Positions 60,243 to 64,000 of a stretch of DNA of 64,000 nt are shown here, one piece after another. The stretch's first letter is position 1. Every line of letters starts with the position of its first letter. The stretch comes from Candidatus Heimdallarchaeota archaeon (GTDB lineage Archaea; Asgardarchaeota; Heimdallarchaeia; JABLTI01). A program made the position numbers and the translations under genes. The stretch covers positions 34,707 to 98,706 of the forward strand of contig DXJV01000087.1 in NCBI GenBank assembly GCA_019056785.1. Reading direction: 5' to 3'. The notes beneath the pieces were generated by a model. It was not told the DNA's origin, did not search any database, and saw only the letters and a program-made list of their open reading frames with translations.

Positions 60243-61700
60243 TTATTTAGATTGAAATTGAGCATCTTCGCAAGCGGATTGTGCAACTGCAATTACAAGG
60301 GCTTTTTTTTCGAGTAATTGTTCTTCCGGTTGCTTTTTCACCAAACTCTCCTCGATAAAGAAATAGCCTATGGATGCAAGAAATCGCAACACGGCAATAA
60401 CGCTAAAGGTGATGATGATCATTTGTTTTGTTCCAACTTGGTTTTCAATAGCATCGGCAATAAAACCAACAGAGAGAGAGCCTATGAATGTGGCAATGCC
60501 CCAACCGACTTGATTTAAGCCTGAATAGGCACCCATTTGATCTCTTGGGGCTATATCCAAGATATAAGCATTTTGTGCCACCACGGTCATACCCATCCCT
60601 GTTCCACCTAGAATATTAGAGAATAAAAGCACTTTCCAATTATTAAAAAGAATAGCGCCGATCATTACAATAGGGATAGTAAACATCACCATCCGACCAT
60701 AAATGATGAATGGCTTACGACCGAATTTATCACCCAATTTCCCTCCAATAAGCTGCCCTAAGCTAGAGCAAATTGAGAATACAACATTGATTATAGCAAT
60801 TTGAGTAAATCCCATCTCCAACACGCCCACTTGAGCTATGGGAAATATGGGCCACATAGTTGCCATAATTAAGCCAAAAACCGAATTAACGATGAAAAAG
60901 CGCTTGAATTTTTCATTTTTCAAAGCGACAAACATACTTGGCTGTTTTTTCTGCTTGTCTTTTTTATTAACAAGTCGAGTTTCTTTTAAAAAGAAGACTC
61001 CCACCACACAGAGCAAGAAATTTAATGCGGCAATACCAAACGCAACACCATATTCTATTGGCCAAAGTTTTTCAGGGATATAGAACTCTAAAAACCATTT
61101 CTTGAAGATATAGCCTTGATGGTTATCAAAGTAGTTAAAAATGGTTGCCAAGATAAGCATGGAACTCACCGATACCGCCGTTCCCATCGCAGAGAGCCGA
61201 CCAATAAACCTTGCCCGTTCTTCTGTCTTTGTAACATCTCCGAGCGTTGCATTCCAAACAGGGATAATTATACTTAAGGCAGTAGCTTGGACGATAGAAA
61301 TGATAATTAACATTAATGGGTTATTGATGAAAATTAAAACAATCATTATTGAGAAACTCAGGAAAAAACCTAAGAGAAGCAAAAAGCGCCGGCCAATTCT
61401 ATCACTCAATCGGCCAAGACTCCCTTGAAATAAGGAGCTCAATAAATTACGTATCGAAGTTATAAAACCAAGAATAGAACTGGAAACACCGACATTTACT
61501 GCAAAGGCAGAAAAGAAATTAAAGAGGAAAGATTGACCGGTAGCATTCCCAATTGCAATTAATCTGAACAAACCCATGCGCCCTTTTTGAACGGATGGAG
61601 CTTCCTCTCTAGACTCTTCACTCAAACGTTCTTGTGCGAATTCGGGAGGTTCAAAATCATCTGGAGTGACATCCTCTGTTGATGGCTCCTTTTTGTTCAT
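60243..61700 (-). CDS. MFS transporter (paralog of 54817-56166)
   Basis: GRLSDRIGRR, GKLGDKFGRK; shared TSIRNLL, PxWNAxLGDVT, NAYxLDxAP. Confidence 0.92.
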   Translation of the reverse strand: MNKKEPSTEDVTPDDFEPPEFAQERLSEESREEAPSVQKGRMGLFRLIAIGNATGQSFLFNFFSAFAVNVGVSSSILGFITSIRNLLSSLFQGSLGRLSDRIGRRFLLLLGFFLSFSIMIVLIFINNPLMLIIISIVQATALSIIIPVWNATLGDVTKTEERARFIGRLSAMGTAVSVSSMLILATIFNYFDNHQGYIFKKWFLEFYIPEKLWPIEYGVAFGIAALNFLLCVVGVFFLKETRLVNKKDKQKKQPSMFVALKNEKFKRFFIVNSVFGLIMATMWPIFPIAQVGVLEMGFTQIAIINVVFSICSSLGQLIGGKLGDKFGRKPFIIYGRMVMFTIPIVMIGAILFNNWKVLLFSNILGGTGMGMTVVAQNAYILDIAPRDQMGAYSGLNQVGWGIATFIGSLSVGFIADAIENQVGTKQMIIITFSVIAVLRFLASIGYFFIEESLVKKQPEEQLLEKKALVIAVAQSACEDAQFQSK

Positions 61701-61876
61701 CGTCTTTTGCTCCCAAACCGCAACGGATGCTAATTTCTGACAAATTTAAATATTCAACTAAATTTAAACGTTTGGAAAGAAGTAAAAAAAGTCCTTATTT
61801 TTTCTTTTCTTTCCTAAATGAATAGCTTTATAGTTAACTATTTAAGATAAAGTATAGAACCCAATTACGAGAGCAA

Positions 61877-62233
61877 ATGGTGAAGATGTTTCATTTGTTA
61901 GGCAAAGACTGGGCGTTAAAACCCACAGACCATGTAACATTTACAACCGAAATGGTTATTGCTGGGGGATTTCTAGTTGTTTGGGTACTTGTTATTCTCC
62001 TTAGAGTTCATTACCCTAAATTCACTAAAATTGGTGGGACAGAATTAATTATAGGTATGCCTTTTATCATTTTAAAGGGGGTTTTTGATGGTTTGGACAC
62101 AATTTCTCCTGATAACTTTAAGATCATTTTCGATAGTTTGGAATCGAGCTTCTTATTTATCGGGTTAATTTTACTGGGTGTGGGGCTATTACGAATAGCA
62201 AATCACAGTGCCAAAATTTGGGAGGTCCGGTAG
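61877..62233 (+). CDS. 3-TM membrane protein
   Basis: Three hydrophobic helices; first gene of a 3-gene run. Confidence 0.75.
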   Translation: MVKMFHLLGKDWALKPTDHVTFTTEMVIAGGFLVVWVLVILLRVHYPKFTKIGGTELIIGMPFIILKGVFDGLDTISPDNFKIIFDSLESSFLFIGLILLGVGLLRIANHSAKIWEVR

Positions 62234-62236
62234 AAG

Positions 62237-62641
62237 ATGACATGGACAATTCAAGCATTTATTGATCATTGGATAATTCCAAGCAGCTGGCAAGATTATC
62301 GCGACATTGTTATGGAATCTCTTACAGTACTCGCGTTTCTATTTTTACTAGTAGTTATCATTATTTCAATGAAAAAGAGTCCCATTTTGAACAAACACGG
62401 TTCAATTGAATTCCTTTTCTTTGTTATCCTCGGCTTTGTGCATGCAACTATGAATGTATTTGATGAATTTGCATGGATTGGCCCCTATACCTATTGGAAA
62501 CTTGGAAAAGACCTCACTTTGCTTTTCGCTGCCATAATACTTGTCGTTGGCTTCTTCCGATTCTTTACCTTTTCTTGGCGGCTATTAGGTGAAGAAGATG
62601 AGGGGGGCAGGGCAAAGAAGATAGAAGAAACCACTCCTTGA
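62237..62641 (+). CDS. 3-TM membrane protein, distant paralog of the preceding gene
   Basis: Same E(TM1), P..., GxxE(TM2), D, GxxR(TM3) pattern. Confidence 0.75.
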   Translation: MTWTIQAFIDHWIIPSSWQDYRDIVMESLTVLAFLFLLVVIIISMKKSPILNKHGSIEFLFFVILGFVHATMNVFDEFAWIGPYTYWKLGKDLTLLFAAIILVVGFFRFFTFSWRLLGEEDEGGRAKKIEETTP

Positions 62642-62693
62642 GAAAAACAATAACATTTAAACATTGGAATGCCTTGAAACGGGGTGAACAGCA

Positions 62694-63569
62694 ATGATTG
62701 ATGAATTCTTTATCTTACGAAAAGATGGATTAAATCTTTTTCACATCATTCTCGAAAAAGACAGCTATGCTGTTCAAGTTCCGACAGAGCTTTTTGCCGG
62801 CTTTTCCAGTGCCATGGTTGCGTTTGCCAATGAGCTTGGATCAGGCCAATTATCCAAAATTGAGATTGAAGACCAGATTTTCGTTTTTAATTTAAGTGAC
62901 AAGCTAATTACTGTTGCTAAAATTTCAACTGATGATGATGAACATCTAGCTAAACATATTGTTGCTCTTTTAGAAAGGGAATTCATCAATGATTATCGAG
63001 AAGAACTTAAGAATTTTAGGGGAACTGTTCGCAAAGATGTCTTCTTTCCTTTTTCAGAGAAAGTGCACGAAATCATTAAGAAATGCATGAAAGTCGCCGC
63101 AAAAAACCCCCATCTCTTAGAGAACATTCCTCCAAGTATAGATATTGATGCAATCCTCACTTTAAGTGAATATTCTGATGAATTAATCGAAAATTTCCCT
63201 GACGCAACAATTAGACTTACAAGGGAATTTCAGAGCAAACTTCCTGAGGGAGAGATGCATTATACTATGTTCAAACTCGGGCTCGAGGTAGGAAAGGAAG
63301 TTGCAAAAAAGAAGTTCAATAACAGACAGATCAATGATAAGGGAATCATGAAATTATTGAAGGAGATCAGCATTTGCTCCATGAATGATAATGTTATTTC
63401 TCTGCAGATTTGCCCATTCTGTCGGGGGAGAAAAACAAAGGAGTTTGACTGTGATTTTGTTTCCGGGTTCATAGAGGGGGCTTACAACAATCCGAACATT
63501 GCTGTACGCGAAATCAATTGTCATGCTGTGGGGCACAAGCATTGTGAGTTCCAAGTATATAAGATATAA
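62694..63569 (+). CDS. Longin-like domain fused to V4R domain
   Basis: FFILRKDGLNLF...LFAGFSSAMVAFANEL...EFINDY; CPFCRG, CDFVSGFIEG, EINCHAVGHKHCEF. Confidence 0.85.
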   Translation: MIDEFFILRKDGLNLFHIILEKDSYAVQVPTELFAGFSSAMVAFANELGSGQLSKIEIEDQIFVFNLSDKLITVAKISTDDDEHLAKHIVALLEREFINDYREELKNFRGTVRKDVFFPFSEKVHEIIKKCMKVAAKNPHLLENIPPSIDIDAILTLSEYSDELIENFPDATIRLTREFQSKLPEGEMHYTMFKLGLEVGKEVAKKKFNNRQINDKGIMKLLKEISICSMNDNVISLQICPFCRGRKTKEFDCDFVSGFIEGAYNNPNIAVREINCHAVGHKHCEFQVYKI

Positions 63570-63617
63570 ACAAAGAAAGCGCTATTCCATTCTACTAGAA
63601 CCTACTTCTCAATTAAA

Positions 63618-64000
63618 TTAATATTTCACAGTTTTAAGGAAATTCGGGTCGTATCGGATTCTTCGCCGTTTCCCTTGGCCGATTATTTCAAGCTTTAATT
63701 TATCAACAATTTTTACGGAATCAAAAACAAATAATTCGTTTTCCAAGCCAAGTTTAAAAGTTCGAAACTCTAGAAGAGCGGCCAATATTTCTTCTTTGAA
63801 TTGCTCTTCGTTGCTAACTTGAGAAGGTTCTATAGTTAATGTTAGCTTTGGTTTAAATCCTTCTCTAGAGATATATACCTCCCAAAGAGCAACTTGTCCA
63901 TGCTTAAAATTAGACTTGAAGATAGAATCAAACTTAATGGCAGAAAAACGGATTATCCCAAGATTGATAACATCATCCGTTCTTCCGATGATTTCCAATC
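63618..64000 (-). CDS. Phenylacetate-CoA ligase-like (PaaK/AMP-binding) enzyme, C-terminal fragment
   Basis: IIGRTDDVI hinge motif and C-terminal GKRRRI; runs off the window end. Confidence 0.75.
   Translation of the reverse strand, partial: LEIIGRTDDVINLGIIRFSAIKFDSIFKSNFKHGQVALWEVYISREGFKPKLTLTIEPSQVSNEEQFKEEILAALLEFRTFKLGLENELFVFDSVKIVDKLKLEIIGQGKRRRIRYDPNFLKTVKY

Noticed and set aside
54156-61700. Integrated element at the tRNA 3' end
   Set aside because: No integrase and no duplicated tRNA 3' end seen in the window.

Overview
A gene-dense, AT-rich archaeal chromosomal segment, very probably from an Asgard archaeon. That call is inferred from an Arf-like GTPase, several longin/DENN-like and gelsolin-like domains and a Dna2-type nuclease-helicase; Heimdallarchaeia is plausible but cannot be proven here. 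Housekeeping content: the uL22-to-uS8 part of the S10/spc ribosomal cluster with Rpp29, a fragmented A/V-type ATP synthase (A+B, C+K, I), TldD/PmbA, PyrG, RIO2, GalU, FtsZ-SecE-Spt5, AglH/GPT, IorAB, M32 carboxypeptidase, three MFS transporters and tRNA-Val(TAC). The most interesting items are six. (1) A three-gene cassette of uDENN/longin-like protein, Arf-family GTPase and 7-TM membrane protein, each gene carrying stops or frameshifts. (2) An operon of two paralogous 3-TM proteins with a longin-V4R (TRAPP-like) fusion. (3) A TrmB-type regulator split by a symmetric ~545-aa helical hairpin. (4) A Dna2/Cas4-type nuclease-helicase preceded by a degenerate CARF-like protein. (5) A longin-gelsolin-like fusion. 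(6) Non-canonical start codons, a structured leader before uL22, and a tRNA with U37. No CRISPR array, rRNA, integrase or transposase was seen. All domain calls are from motif recognition by eye, not database searches.
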